From: Octopus sinensis
Taxonomy: Eukaryota
DNA: 64,000 nt
Direction of reading: 5' to 3'
NCBI RefSeq assembly: GCF_006345805.1
Contig: NC_043013.1
Span: forward strand, 28,768,001 to 28,832,000
A model generated the notes under the pieces. It was not told the origin of the DNA and ran no database searches. It saw only the letters and a list, made by a program, of their open reading frames with translations. The stretch's first letter is position 1, and every line of letters starts with the position of its first letter. Shown here one piece after another: positions 27,370 through 41,018 of the stretch. The translations under genes and the position numbers were made by a program.

Positions 27370-27720
27370 GCGCGGGGACATAGAAATAATCGAACTGAAT
27401 ACCCGATCTCCCGGTTAAACCATTGGGAGTGAAGGACTCCTAGCCTTCGTGAGGGCATTCTTCTAGGAGAAGGTAACTCAGGTAACTGGAATAACTCCGA
27501 CATAAAACCTGCGGCTCAGTGGTTACCGATGATGTTGACTTGTTCTTCTTTTTGGATTATGGCTGCTATTGCTTAGTGAGTGGGATTGACTCAGTGCACA
27601 TCCTTTCCTCACTTTAAAAAAAATTTTCTTGCACAGGCATTGCACGATAACAACATTGATTAAGCTTCATGCAATGGCCATACTCGATAACGAGGGGGCA
27701 GCCACTATGTGGTGTATATA
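27370..27720 (+). mobile_element. Probable RTE-type 5' UTR-derived short element
   Basis: The motif ctagccttcgtgagggcattcttctaggagaaggtaactc resembles RTE 5' UTR motifs as I recall them; not verified by search. Confidence 0.4.
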
Positions 27721-27814
27721 TTGATGTGTGTGTGTGTATTGATATCCTGTCTATTCAATTAAAGTTGGTCACTTCAATCAATCCTTTAAAATTTTTCTCC
27801 CTCTCTGCATTCAG

Positions 27815-27872
27815 GGCAACACTTGATTACAGCCCTTGCTGACAAAATGTTTGGGTTCAAAACAACTTCATG
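27815..27872 (+). CDS. AARSD1: AARSD1 internal exon B (G-QHLITALADKMFGFKTTS-W), 58 nt, phase 1 to 2
   Basis: ctctctgcattcag|GG CAA CAC TTG ... TCA TG|gtaagt. Completes HSGQH in frame with exon A and resembles vertebrate QHLITAVADHLFKLKTTSW. Absent from the ORF track. Confidence 0.95.
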
Positions 27873-28827
27873 GTAAGTTCATTCCTTTCTTTTCATTATT
27901 TCTCAGTTCTAAGTTGGCAAGCTGGCAGAATTGTTAGCATGCCGGGCAAAAATGCTTAGCGGTATTTCGTCTGTCTTTATGTTGTGAGTTCAAATTCCAC
28001 CGTGGTCAACTTTGCCTTTCATCCTTTTGGAGTTAAGAAATCACAAATTGTCCCTGTGTTGGAATGTCCTAACTTTCACACAATGTCTCAGTGGTTGTAG
28101 TGTTTTAATTGCAAAAGTGATCAATCCTGTTAATTTAACCTTAAAATCAAAAAGATAAATCTTTTAATTAACTATGTTTGGATTTTGTGTAGTAGTTTGA
28201 AATTATTATAACTTTATCAAGCTCTCTGATAGACTTCACATGGAAATATGCTGTCATTCATTTAAGTGCTATATATTACACACACAATGCATTTATTTAT
28301 AAGATGTATTGGCATGTGTATGTACATGCATACATGCATACAAGCCTGTATGTGTCTATGTATGTATATGTATGTATGTATGTATGTATATATATATATA
28401 TATGTATGTATATGTATATGTATATGTATATATATGCACATGTACATATGTAACACAGTACTTACTTTCATTTGGTGTGTGTGTGTGTGTATATATATAT
28501 ACATTGATACACACACACACACACAGAAAGAGAGGGAAATAACTAAATACATAAAATTACATATGCAAAGCCACATATACTTCTGTATAATATATTATTC
28601 CTATTACGACTGATGCCACCAGCTATAAGTATTGGAATGCTTAAAAACAGAAAGAGATGTCAGTAATGATTTTTCTTTTGTAATATTTCCTTGTTTTATT
28701 TTTCATATTCTTTTTTTTTCTTCTTTTAAATATTCTCATAGAATTGTTGCTGTAACTGAAAATTATAATAATGAAACTTGGCAGAAGCAGAAAACTATAT
28801 TTAGCAGAAGAGTGAAAAGCAGAGGGA

Positions 28828-28877
<50 letters not shown>

Positions 28878-29486
28878 CAGAAAAATAAAGAGAGAGCAAG
28901 AGAGAAAGACAGAGACTTACAGAGAGAACAAGGAGGAAGGAAAGTGAAAGTAGATTGCAATTCAGGAATAAGAAAGAATAATAAAGTGGGTGTTAACGTA
29001 GTAATTTAGTGAGCCAGGAAGTATTAATTAATTAAAATCACACCTGTAGCAAAGAGAGCATTATCTTAATGACAAATTGTTATCTAGAACATCAAGGGAG
29101 GTAACCACAGAATTTAAACTGATTAAATTTAATTACAAACAGAAATGAAATGAAAGAAAACATGGGTTTGATTTTTAGCTGTGTATCTTTCATCCTTTTA
29201 TGCATTTCAGTCATTCATCCATGGCCATGCTGGTGCATTGCCTTGAAGAGTTTGGTCAAACAAATTGACCCCAGTACTTATTTTCTAAGTCTAGCACATA
29301 TTTTATTAGTCTGTTTTGCCAAACTGCTAAGTTATGGGTATGTAAACAAACCTTTCCAGGAAGTCCCTCCCCTTCTGGGAAGTATCCCCTCCTACTTTTC
29401 CAGGAAGTCCCTTCCTCCCCTTCAATTCCCCCTCCTTGAAATTTTGCAGGAAGTGCTGGGAGGGAGGATTTTATTCTCAAATGTCT

Positions 29487-29785
29487 GATTAAATGTAGAC
29501 CTTGTGGGGAGGTGCACATTAGCCTAGGTGCTGGATGAAATGAGGCCGTGCAGATCGGCAGTATAGCGTAAGAGCCAGATTAAATGTTGGGTGTGTTGGG
29601 GGACAGTCTTGCCTAAGTGCTGAATTAAATGTAGGCCATGGAGGATGGCAGTGTAGCTTATGTGCTGGATTAAACATAGGCTGTGGTGGGGATAAGTCTA
29701 GATTAAGTGCCGGACTAAATGTAGGCCATGGTAAGTTGGACCGAAGTCTAGCCTAAGTGCTGGATTAACGGTACGCCATGGAGGG
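29487..29785. repeat. Degenerate tandem repeat of about 45 bp (agcctaagtgctggattaaatgtaggccatgg...)
   Basis: The motif recurs about 6-7 times with variable spacers. Confidence 0.6.
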
Positions 29786-29921
29786 AGTGTTCTCTTTGTA
29801 TATATACACATAGATATATAAATGTTTCTATAGGTTCCAGTCTTCCAAATGTGACCTCGTGTGTACCGTTGGCGATTTTTTTTCCTCTGTCTTCCCTTCT
29901 CTGGATCTTTCCTTCTCCTAT

Positions 29922-29956
29922 GTTTCCGATGAAGAGCTCCGCTCGAAACGTTAAAC
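29922..29956 (+). ncRNA. Second-type minimal hammerhead (CCGATGA core variant) inside a Penelope pLTR-like repeat (about 29790-30045)
   Basis: Stem I GTTT/AAAC, CCGATGA, stem II GAGC-tcc-GCTC, GAAACGTT. Confidence 0.65.
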
Positions 29957-30832
29957 CCTCCTTCTTTCCTGAGCGTCCAATAATACTATATTTGTTCCAG
30001 GTCTTCGCGTTGTGTTTTTTTGTGCTTTCTTGTTTGGATTAACTATATATATATATAATATATATTCCAAATAACTGTCGTATGAGCAGTTTGAAGGAGA
30101 ACTTCAATAGAGAAATCAGAGAAGTAGGCTCTGAAACTCTTGTGGGTGTTATGGTGCAAGTGTTGTAAAAAGCAATGGTGTGTGAAATGGAAAATGGGTG
30201 CCATTGAAGCCTTTTATATATATGTGTGTGCCTGTGTGTGTACAATGGGCTTCTCTATGTTTCCGCCCACTAAATCCACTCACAAGGCTTTTGGGAGTGG
30301 GTAACTTGGTTGTGTTGACCCTGGTGCTCAACTGGTACTTATTTTATCAACACCAGAAGGACGAAAAGCAAAGTCAGCCTTGGTGGAATTTGAACTCAGC
30401 ACGTAGCAATGGATGAAAATGCTGTTAAGCTTTTTGCTTAGTGTGCAAACCGTTCCACCAACTCACCACCTTTCCCTCTTTATTAATATCAGTAAAAATT
30501 TGGCTGGCCCTCGATAGTATACTGATAAGTATCCCTGCCCGTGACGCAGGAGTCAGAGACTCGGTTCCCCACAGGGGAAGCAATTATGGTCTTCTTTAAG
30601 GTGGCAAGCTAGCAGAATCCTTAGCACGCCAGTGAAAATGCTTAGCCACATTTCGTCCTTCTTTGCATTCTGAATTCAAATCCCGACTAGGATGGCTTTG
30701 CTTTTTGTCCTCCAGGATCGATAAAATAAGAACCAATTGAACACTGAGATTGATGTATTTGACTTAGCCCTCCCCTTCCACCAAAATTACTCACATTGTG
30801 CCACAATTTGAAATAAATATTAGTAATAATGT

Positions 30833-31240
30833 TACAGGAGTGGCTGTGTGGTAAGTAGCTTGCTAACCAACCACATGGTTCCGGGTTCAGTCCCACTGCG
30901 TGGCATCTTGGGCAAGTGTCTTCTGCTATAGCCCCGGGCCGACCAATGCCTTGTGAGTGGATTTGGTAGACGGAAACTGAAAGAAGCCTGTCGTATATAT
31001 GTATATATATATATGTATGTGTGTTTGTGTGTCTGTGTTTGTCCCCCTAGCATTGCTTGACAACCGATGCTGGTGTGTTTACGTCCCCGTCACTTAGCGG
31101 TTTGGCAAAAGAGACCGATAGAATAAGTACTGGGCTTACAAAGAATAAGTCCCGGGGTCGATTTGCTCGACTAAAAAAAAAGGCGGTGCTCCAGCATGGC
31201 CGCAGTCAAATGACTGAAACAAGTAAAAGAGAAAAGAAAG
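30833..31240 (+). mobile_element. tRNA-derived SINE family A (CORE-like motif), near-consensus copy; about 20 copies in the window
   Basis: A box TGGCTGTGTGG, B box GGTTCAGTCCC, CORE-like catcttgggcaagtgtcttct, internal TA/TG microsatellite, 3' gaaacaagtaaaagag. Other copies include 4091-4475(+), 5385-6020(-), 7915-8310(-), 16545-16895(-), 17848-18260(+), 21745-22100(+), 23255-23645(-), 25895-26215(-), 54690-55070(-) and 60935-61165(-). Confidence 0.85.
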
Positions 31241-32079
31241 AGAAAGAGAATTCTGCAAATCCACCAATCTGCAATGGTATTATATTTTGTTGATCCAAAA
31301 GGATGAAAGGCAATGTTGATATCAGTGAAATTTGTTCACAGGCACAGCAAAATCAGAACGAAAACAGCAAACTATTTTCTACTCAGCTCTATTACGGCTC
31401 TGACAATATCTGCTAATAACAGTATTCCTAAGCTAAGCAGCTGCATCTAGCTTCTGGAATTTTCTCTCTGTAATTGTAAAGAATATGACATTGATGTATT
31501 TCTTCTGAATGTTGTCTGGTTAGCAATTTTTATGGTTATTGCATAGAAAATTGCCTCTTTGTTTTAGCATACATTTGTGGAGAACAACGAACCAGACTAT
31601 ATTCTTTTCTACTCTAGGCACAAGGCCCGATATTTTGGGGGAGGGGGCCATTCAATTTGATCAAAGCCAGTATGCAACTGGTACTTAATTTATCGACCCC
31701 AAAAGGATGAAAACCAAAGTTAACCTTGTAGGAATTTGGACTCAGAATGTAAAGACAGACGAAATACTGCTAAGCATTTCGCCCAGCATGCTAACATTTC
31801 TGCCAGCTCGCTGCTTTAATGAACCAAATCATATTGGTTTCAAACTTTGATACAGGACCAAAAATTTAAGGGGACAAGATAGGTCGATTACATCGACCCC
31901 AGTGCTCAACAGGTACTTATTTCATTGACTCCAGAAGGAAAATAGGCAAAGTCGACCTTAGTGGAATTTGAACTCAGACCATAAGGAGTGACAAAAATGC
32001 CATTAAGTATTTTGCCCGTTGGGCTAACGATTCTGTCTGTCTACCAGAATGGAAAAGATAAAATTAAAATCTCTTGTCT

Positions 32080-32127
<48 letters not shown>

Positions 32128-32306
32128 CATACATACATAAGACAGTAGGGTGTGATTTGAGGGAGATTTGGCTGCTATTTCCGCCAGCTCTAGCTACCAT
32201 GTAGAGGTTTCCTTCATTGGCTCATACATATATACATACATAAGACAGTAGCATGTGATTTGACAGAGATTTGGCTGCATTTCTACCAGGTCTAGTATAT
32301 ATATAT

Positions 32307-32356
<50 letters not shown>

Positions 32357-32408
32357 TACATACATAACCTTACACATACATATATATATATACATGCATA
32401 TATAGATG

Positions 32409-32439
<31 letters not shown>

Positions 32440-33880
32440 GCACACACTCTTACACATTTACACACATTTACATACATACATATAAAAATTTTCCGTTTGA
32501 AGTGAAAACAGAAATACTATGTTGACAAAGTATATTCTTAATGAATTCTGTTGCATTGTTTCCATTAGGCTCTTTAAATTACTCCCCACCCCACTATAAT
32601 TATCCTTTTTCTTTTTCCTAATTATAAACCTCACTAATGAGCTTCTTCAATTGCTGTAATGCTTGGCTCCAAACCTTATACGTAAGCAAAAATTATCATC
32701 ATTAAAGCTATGAATTTACTTTCCATTTTGTCTTCTGGCTTAAACTGCTCAACATTTTACAGACTAAACATCACATGTGACTTTCTCTTCAAAAAAAAAA
32801 AAAAAAAAAATCTACATGTGCTACATGTAACTTTCACAATTAAAGTCTACCTTTGATTTTCATCCATGAAAGTAACATGTAAAGAATAATCTAAATTTTC
32901 TTTCTGAAAATGAACAAAACAATATTCTACATACAGATGTGGGTCAACATTTGAGTTATGCAAGACAAAAATCTACATTTGACCAACACAGACCAAAATT
33001 CTTCACAGATAACATATGACTCTCACAAGACCAAAATCCAAATGTGACTTTCACTGACAAAAGTTTCTCTTTGTGTTTCGTAAGGAATTAATGTTTTTGT
33101 CTGATGTACAGAGAGTAACAGTATTCCTGTTGGATTTAATTTTATTCTTTTAAAACTCCCTTTGAATATCAGTGGCTTAGCAGGGGGAAGCGTGAAGGAG
33201 CACTCTGCCCCAGACAATGTTTTTATACAGATGGCAATTTTGTGCTTGCTATATAAGCCTTTATAGGGAACAGGGAAGAGGGTTGAAAACTCAAGGGCTG
33301 CCCTAGGCCACATACTCCCCAGCTACACCATTGCTAGTTGTCATTACTGTGAGATATGAAATTTGTCGTGTGTATAAGTGTGTAACGTTTCAAATACTGT
33401 ACTGTTGGAAGGAAAAAGACCAGATATGATTGTAGAGAACAGAAAGAAGTGTAAGGCCAAAGACTTTGCAATAGCCTATGATAATAGAGCAGATACAAGA
33501 ATACCAAAAAAAAAAAAAAAAAAAAATTGTGAAAATTGAAAAATATCAATGCCTAGTCAGAGAGATGAGGAGATTGTGAAAAACCATGATGATAATTACT
33601 TCTGTGGTAGTTGGGTAACTTGGTACAACACTCAGGCTGCTACCTGAAAGGTATTAGAATTGAGTCTTGCATTGTTGACCTGCAGGAAAACACAACCCTA
33701 CATTCTACAAGAATCCTAAGAAAAATTTTTGAGATTTGAGTAAACTTGTGACCAAATCGCAACACAACATGACTATTATAGCATGTAATAGCTTTAATAA
33801 TAACAGTAATTCTTTCTACTATAGGTATAAGGCCTGAAATTTTGAGGGAGGTTTTAGTTGATTACATTGAGCCTAGTACA

Positions 33881-34034
33881 TTATTTACATTATTTACATT
33901 TGATGGATATTTTTCCTCATCTTGTTTGTTGTAAACGCAACGTTTCGGCCATTTGGCGTAGTGGTTAAGAGCACAGGCTACTAACCCCAAGATTCCGAGT
34001 TCGATTCCAAGCAGTGACCTAAATAATAATAATA

Positions 34035-34096
<62 letters not shown>

Positions 34097-34328
34097 TTAA
34101 TAATAATAATAATATAATTATAATAATAATAATAATGATAATAATAATAACATCAAAAAATACCTTAGGAATGAGAACCCAGGTTTGAAATTTCCCCAAG
34201 ACACATGATGAAGGCTGGAGGGTATATCAGCCGAAACGTTGTGTTAACAACAAACAAGATGAGGACAAATATCTGTCAAATGTAAATAATGTATATAATT
34301 CCTCATCTCTTAAATATAGAACTATATT
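33881..34328 (+). mobile_element. tRNA-headed hammerhead SINE with short inverted 3' arm (locus 2)
   Basis: Inverted arm about 33881-33950, tRNA-like head about 33951-34020 (TGGCGTAGTGG, GAGTTCGATTCC), (AAT)n, hammerhead 34200-34245 with C3-to-A core mutation. Diverged TSD attgagcctagta/attgaccctaata. Confidence 0.85.
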
Positions 34329-36579
34329 ATTGACCCTAATATTTAACTGGTACTCATTTTTTTTTTTGAAGTACTGGGGTTGATCTGCTTGACTGGCCCC
34401 CTCTCCCAAAATTTCGGGTCTTATACCTAGAGTAGGAAAGAATAATAACAATAATTAAAGACTCTGATGCATTTTTACCTATACTGTGTTACGAAGGAAT
34501 AACAATGATAATAATAATAATCCTTTCTACAATAGGCAGAAGGCCTGAAACTTTAAGGGAGGGATCTAGTTGATTACATCAACCCTAGTGAGTAACTGGT
34601 ATTTCATTGATCCCAAAAAGATAGAAAGCAAAAGAGGCCTTGGCAAAATTTGAACTCAGACTGTAAGGATAGACAACATACTGTTAAGCATTTTGCCCAG
34701 CTTGCTAACAGTTCTACCAGCTCACCGCCTTAAATATTAATAAATTCAAATTGCGATGAACGTAAACAAACAAACAAAGTTTGCTTTAGAAGTGTTGAGA
34801 TGTCTTAGAAAGTTAAAGAAGTGATTTTAAATTCTCAAATACAGGATAATGCTAATAATATAGCCTGAACAGGATAAGCTACCCCATAGCGGCTGGCTGT
34901 GAGACTCGAACTCACACCTCTGTGATTACATTTTGTGGTGCTCTAAACCATTAAGCTAAACTGCCCACACCACAATTTCTTCCATAAATTTAAGATATAT
35001 AGAAATCTCGCTTTATGAGATGCTATCATACATTGAATTCAAATTATGATGAACGTAAACAAACAAATGAAGTTTGCTTTAGAAGCATTGAGATGTCTTA
35101 GAAAGTTAAAGAAGTGATTTTAAATTCTCAAAGGCAGGATAATGCTAATAATATAGCTGGCCACATGGGCCTACACAGAACATACAGGGACACGAATACA
35201 AAGGTACAAACAGACACAAATGGAGAGGTTTACCGAGTAAGCCGCCTTAAATAATAATATTACAACAATGTCATTGAGTGCAAGTTTCACAACCCTCGGC
35301 TGTTTCATATCGTTAGCCTGAAGCCAGTTGTTTACAAATACAATGAACAATAAAGATGTTACACTTTAATTGATTCAGAAAGTACAGAAAATGTTACTCA
35401 CACCTCTGTTGCAGTAAACATGAAATTGCCTATTAAATCTACTTGTATAATTACTATGGCTTCACAAGAAAATAATTAGAGGGTTTGGTATTTGTGATGC
35501 AACCCTTAAGCAACATTGTTTAGAATAATGTAAATATCCAACAATGGATGATCTTTGTCAAGCTTTATTGCTCAGACAAAGTTTTATGTCTTTTCACAAA
35601 AGCGTGGAGATAATTATAATGGTGATGCAACTATTTTCTCAATTTGTGATTTAACTACTTTATTTATAGACTTGCCTAGAAGCTGTTATGAAGGCGTGTC
35701 CGCTATGCCCGTGCTCTCCCCTCCCTTCCCATTGACCCAGCATCCTGACACCCTCCTCCCCCCACGCCCATGCTCACCACCTCTGTAATCCTCTCTGTTC
35801 TCCATCATGTGCCCACCTACCTACCAACTTGTACTCTATGCGGCCCTGTTGAATTTCTTCCCCTCAGCGTATCCTCCTGATACCCCTCTCTCTCTCTCTT
35901 TCTCTCTGTACCTGTGCCCAGTCATTACATTCTTGCCCCCTCCCACCATCTCTCACTCTCCTTTTGCAATCTTGTGCACTTGCTCACCCATCCTCTCACC
36001 CACCCATCCACTCGCCCACCCTGCCACTCACCCACCCATCCACTTGCTCACCCATCCACTCACCCACCCATTCACATGCCCAACCATCCACTCGCCCACC
36101 CTTCCTCTCACCCACCCATCCACTCACCCACACATCTACTTGCTCCCCATCCACTCACCCACCCATCCATTCAGCCATCCACTCGCCCACCCTTCCATTT
36201 GCCCCCTCCAATCCCTTCACTATATACACCTCCTTGTATCTTGGGTACACGGCCCCTTTCCCCTCCTTATAACATCTTCACCATCTCCTCCCTCTACTCT
36301 CCCTCTCTCTTTCCCTCCACCTGTGGTAGCCATGTCTGTCTTCTAATGCATGACACCTTCTCTGTCCCTGCATACTCCTCCTTCTCAGTTGAAGGGTGGG
36401 GTTCTTGTCCTGCAAGTTTCTTGGTGACCTCACTGCTGTTGGTGCCATGTAAAAGGCATTCTGTAAAGTGGTTGGCATTAGGGAGGGCATCTGGCTGTGG
36501 AAAACCATAGTGGAGCATGGAGTAATCCCCAGGCTTGCCAGTTCCTGTCGAATCCTCCAGCCCATGCCAGCATGGAAGA

Positions 36580-36990
36580 TTACATGATGATGATGATGAT
36601 GATAAGGGTTATGACTACAGCAATGGTGACTACGATTACTACTACTACTACTACTAGCATCACTACCACCATCACCACCACCACCATTACTACCACTACT
36701 ACCACCACCATTATTACTACTACTACTACTACCACCAGCATTACTATTACTACTACTACCACTACCACCACCACCACCACCACCACCACTACTACTATTA
36801 CTGCCATTACTACCACCACCACCACTACTGCTATTACCACCATCACCACTACCACTACTATTATTACCACCACCACCACCATTTTTACTACTACTACTAC
36901 CACCACCACCACCACCACTACTACTACTAACACCACCAACACCACCATCACTGGTGCTACTACTACTACTACTACTACTACAACCACTGT
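36580..36990. repeat. Degenerate (ACC/ACT)n trinucleotide tract
   Basis: Direct inspection; source of the poly-T/V/G ORFs. Confidence 0.9.
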
Positions 36991-39900
36991 TTAATTCTGA
37001 ACAGACAGGATTTATTTCAAGCTGAAATGAATCATGTTTCTTCAAAGCATATTCCAAGTTTTGCTTTGCAAAAAAAATTCTAAGAAACTAAGAATAATGG
37101 TAAATTATTACCCCAACCGTTTTGGATGCATTTCCTTTACTTTTCATTTCAAATCTGGTAATTAACCCCTCAAAATGTGTGTGTGTTGTAGCAGGTTGGA
37201 CTTGTTCACTTGTTTTGGTCATTGGAATGTGGCCATGCTGGGGCGCCGTCTTCAAGGGTTTTAGTCAAATGAGTCAATCCCAGTACTTAGAACTTTTGTA
37301 AAGCCTGCTACTTATTTTGTTGATCTCTGATGCTGAACTGCTAAGTTATGGGGACATAAACACACCAACACCAGTTACCAAGTGGTGATGAGAGACAAAC
37401 ATAAAGGTGCATGTGTGCATGCGCACGTACACACACACACACACATCATTATCATCATCATCATCATTCAAAGTCCCTTTTTCCATGCTGGCATGGGTTG
37501 AATGGTTCGACAAGAACAGACAAGCCCGAGGAATCTGCCAGGTTCTGTATCTGCTTTGGCATGGTTTCTACAGCTGGATGCCCTTCCTAATGCCACCCAC
37601 TTCACAGAATGTACCAGGTGCTTTTTACGCAGTATCAGTGCCAGTGAGGTTGCCAAGTACTTAACAGAGAAGACCCTTCAATTGAGCAGGGTATAGACTT
37701 GAGAAAGAAACTGCAATAGAGGGAGAGGAGCAGGTGTCTTGCCAAAAACGTGAACACATGGCTTGCCTGCTTGGAAAGTAAGAGATAGAAAGACAGATAT
37801 ATGTGATGGGTAAAATCCTTACCCAACAAGTTACACACTAATTAATGAATGACTCTTCATGGCATTTGAAAGTAACTGAAAATTAAACCAGTTTTCTAAA
37901 TGCCTTTTTAGTTGAATGTTGGAGCTCCATTTCAAAGTATAATTAGCAACCATAATTACAGTTAATCACTTAATGCAACATTTACTTATATTAATGATGT
38001 TATTGGTTATGGAACAAGTCAAGAGAAACCTAAGCAAAATTTAGAAAAGTTTAATAAGGCTATCAAAGGTAGTCAATTTACTTTCACATGAGAATAAGTG
38101 TCTGTGTAACATGCAAGCTACCTATTTTAACCTGTTATATTTTCTTGGATGTAGAATTTATCATAGAATTCTAAATCTAGATATACCTCCTAATAATAAA
38201 AAAAACAACAAAACATATTTCAAACACTGTTCAGAATGTTCTCGTTATTATTCCAGGTGAATTCCATATTGTTCAAATAAAGCAAAATTACTTTTATAAA
38301 TTCTCATAATATTTTAATAGAATCACAAAAATGTGATTTTTAATAATAGTCTTCAAATCTTGTGTTTTTAAAGTTAGCTGCTGCTGCTGTGTCTGCTGCT
38401 ATTACTTAGAACAAACAGTGAATGAATCTGAAATATTTGTACTTTAAACTGATGTCTCTGAGGTGGCCAATATTTGATACATTTCTGCAAAATAATTATC
38501 TTATGACTTATTTTTAAAGAACATTAACTACACGTAAACAAAAACATCCTTTGATTTAACAGGAAGCCTTAGCTATTATTGAAAGTGACAGAAAGTGGAG
38601 ACATTAGTTAATTGAATAAAAAAACATTTTTCAACTATTAACAGATCAAGAAGCTATTACTTTTATTTTCATTAACAAGCATTCATCAAAGGTTAAAAAT
38701 ATTAAACTAGCTTGTTGGTGATTGGAATTGTCTAGAATACACTTATGACTTATTGCATTATCCTGGAAAAGAAAACAGTATTGTTAATGATTTCTTTAGA
38801 ATATTTTTTTTTTTTTTTGATTGTTGCTGTTTCAAATTTTGTCATCCTGTCATCCTTCAGACATTTTTACGATATGAAATCTAAATGTGCAATTAGCTTT
38901 CTTCTATCTTATGCTAATAAAATGAATACCAGTGATATTCTGTGAACAATTTAGTGAACAGGATTCCTCCTGTACCAAATCAACTTTGTAGCAATGAAAG
39001 AAATCATTATTCTAATAACATCAAATCCAGAATTTAGGGGAATCTAATTGTGGGTCTGCACTAGAAAAAGCAACCTAATGAAAATTATTAAAAATAAAAG
39101 TGATTTCAATGTATTAAGCCATGTGAAAAATGAAAATCACCACTATTGAAACAATATATGAACAATGCTTTACCTCCCTTTCATAATATCTTCTCTAACT
39201 TGAAAAAGAGCCTATGCCCAAAACATTGATAAATTTTCCTTTTCCACACAGTTTTAATACACTGACTTTTATTTTTAATGTAATTTTATTCTGTTATTAT
39301 AAAACTCAGTGCAAGCTCTTTGCCAATTTAAAAATTCAATTGAAATAACCAAGTATGCTTTTGAAAAGTGTAACTTGATTAACTATTAATTTGGTTTATG
39401 ATGTCTTCTCTTTTGTCACTTGATAGAATTTAATTTTACCTGTCAGTGTCTTCCTTGTGAACTAATCATGATTACATCCTTGGAATATTCTAGTGTAAAT
39501 ATATTGAAAGTAAAATAGTTTATTGGTTTGCTTTCCTTTGTACATGCTGACATTTTGTCATTTTCCCTTTATGGCATTTTCACATATTCATAAAAAGACA
39601 AACAAATGCTTTAAAGAGTCCTTTGTTAGGCAGAAGTGAAATGGCCAAACTATTGAACCAGCAACTCATAGGTATTAAGTTCAGATGGAGTTAATTCATC
39701 TTTTTTTTTTTTTTAAGTACACTTTATTCAAAAGACAACAACCACTCAATAAATAACGACATTATTTACAACAAATTTATGGACTGAAAAATATAACAAA
39801 AAATTAAAATATTGGAGAAAATGAATATCATCATCATCACCATTGTTTTAACGTCCACTTTTGTATGCTTTCATAGGTCAGATGGAATTCTTTGAGACAG

Positions 39901-40267
39901 ATTCTCTACAGCTGGGTACTCTTCCCATTACAAACCCTCATCTGTTTCCAAGCAAAGTAATAGTTCCCTATGGTCAGACTTGTTTTATATGGAATATTGA
40001 AAATGAACAACTTTGTTTGTATAAAAATAATACTTCTTTACAAGCATCACACCATGTCAGAATGAGGCAACAAAATAAAAAAAAATGCACTCACACACAC
40101 ACACACATGCACATTTATAATAAACTGCCTTCACTTTCTACCTCAAAATGCTTTGGCTGGCCTAGGAATATAGTAGAAGACAATTGTGCTAGGTACCATG
40201 CAGTGGGACTGAACCTGAAACCATATAGTTAGGTAACAAGCTACTTAACCACTCAACTATGCCTGAA

Positions 40268-40342
<75 letters not shown>

Positions 40343-40344
40343 GT

Positions 40345-40384
<40 letters not shown>

Positions 40385-40913
40385 ATGTATGTATGTATGT
40401 ATGTATGTTACAAAGGAGATGACAAAGGACTAAGATATATAATGCCTTGTTGTACTCAAGTGGACCCATCCTCCACAAAAGCAGAAAGTGTTAGTGCCAC
40501 TTACTCTGATGAAGAGGATTGACCTACAAGGGCCCGTGCCTGTGCAGGTGCCACACAAAAACCACCCATACCACCATGGAAAACAGACGTTAGGGCATGA
40601 TGATAATTTTAATGATTATATATATGTAAGTTGTTCATGTTGGAATAATCAAATGAATGGTGCTTGGTTTCCATGGCATATAAGTGACTGAGATTGTAAC
40701 ACTCCTCCTGAATTGGATGGTAGTGTGTTGCAAGAATGAAAGCCAGAAATTTTGATTGGAAATGCTTGACTGGGATTTGAACTCAAAATGTAAAGAGTTA
40801 GAAAAAAATGTCAGCAAGTATTTGCTCTGATGTGTTAACAATTTTTGCCAGCTTGCTACCTTGTTTGACAATTTAACCACAACGAAATAGAAATGAAATT
40901 ATGAATAATATAC

Positions 40914-41018
40914 TGTTGTGTCTGGGGAGAGTCATTCTCTTTTAGTGCCTTATAATTTAACAGACTCACTGGTAAATTATAAGGCAATAAAAGAGAATGA
41001 CTCTCCCCAGACACAACA
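40914..41018. mobile_element. Internally deleted MITE forming a 45-bp hairpin; a longer relative lies at about 10935-11228
   Basis: Arms 40914-40958 and 40974-41018 match at 44/45 positions; the same TIR (ggggagagtcatt) occurs at 11175-11225. Confidence 0.75.

Noticed and set aside
33951-34020. Functional tRNA gene (also 4091, 30833, 52195, 56410, 34880)
   Set aside because: A and B boxes are present, but acceptor and anticodon stems are broken and each continues into SINE body.
36278-37057. Gly/Ser-rich 259-aa ORF
   Set aside because: Translation of an (ACC/ACT)n tract running into a SINE.
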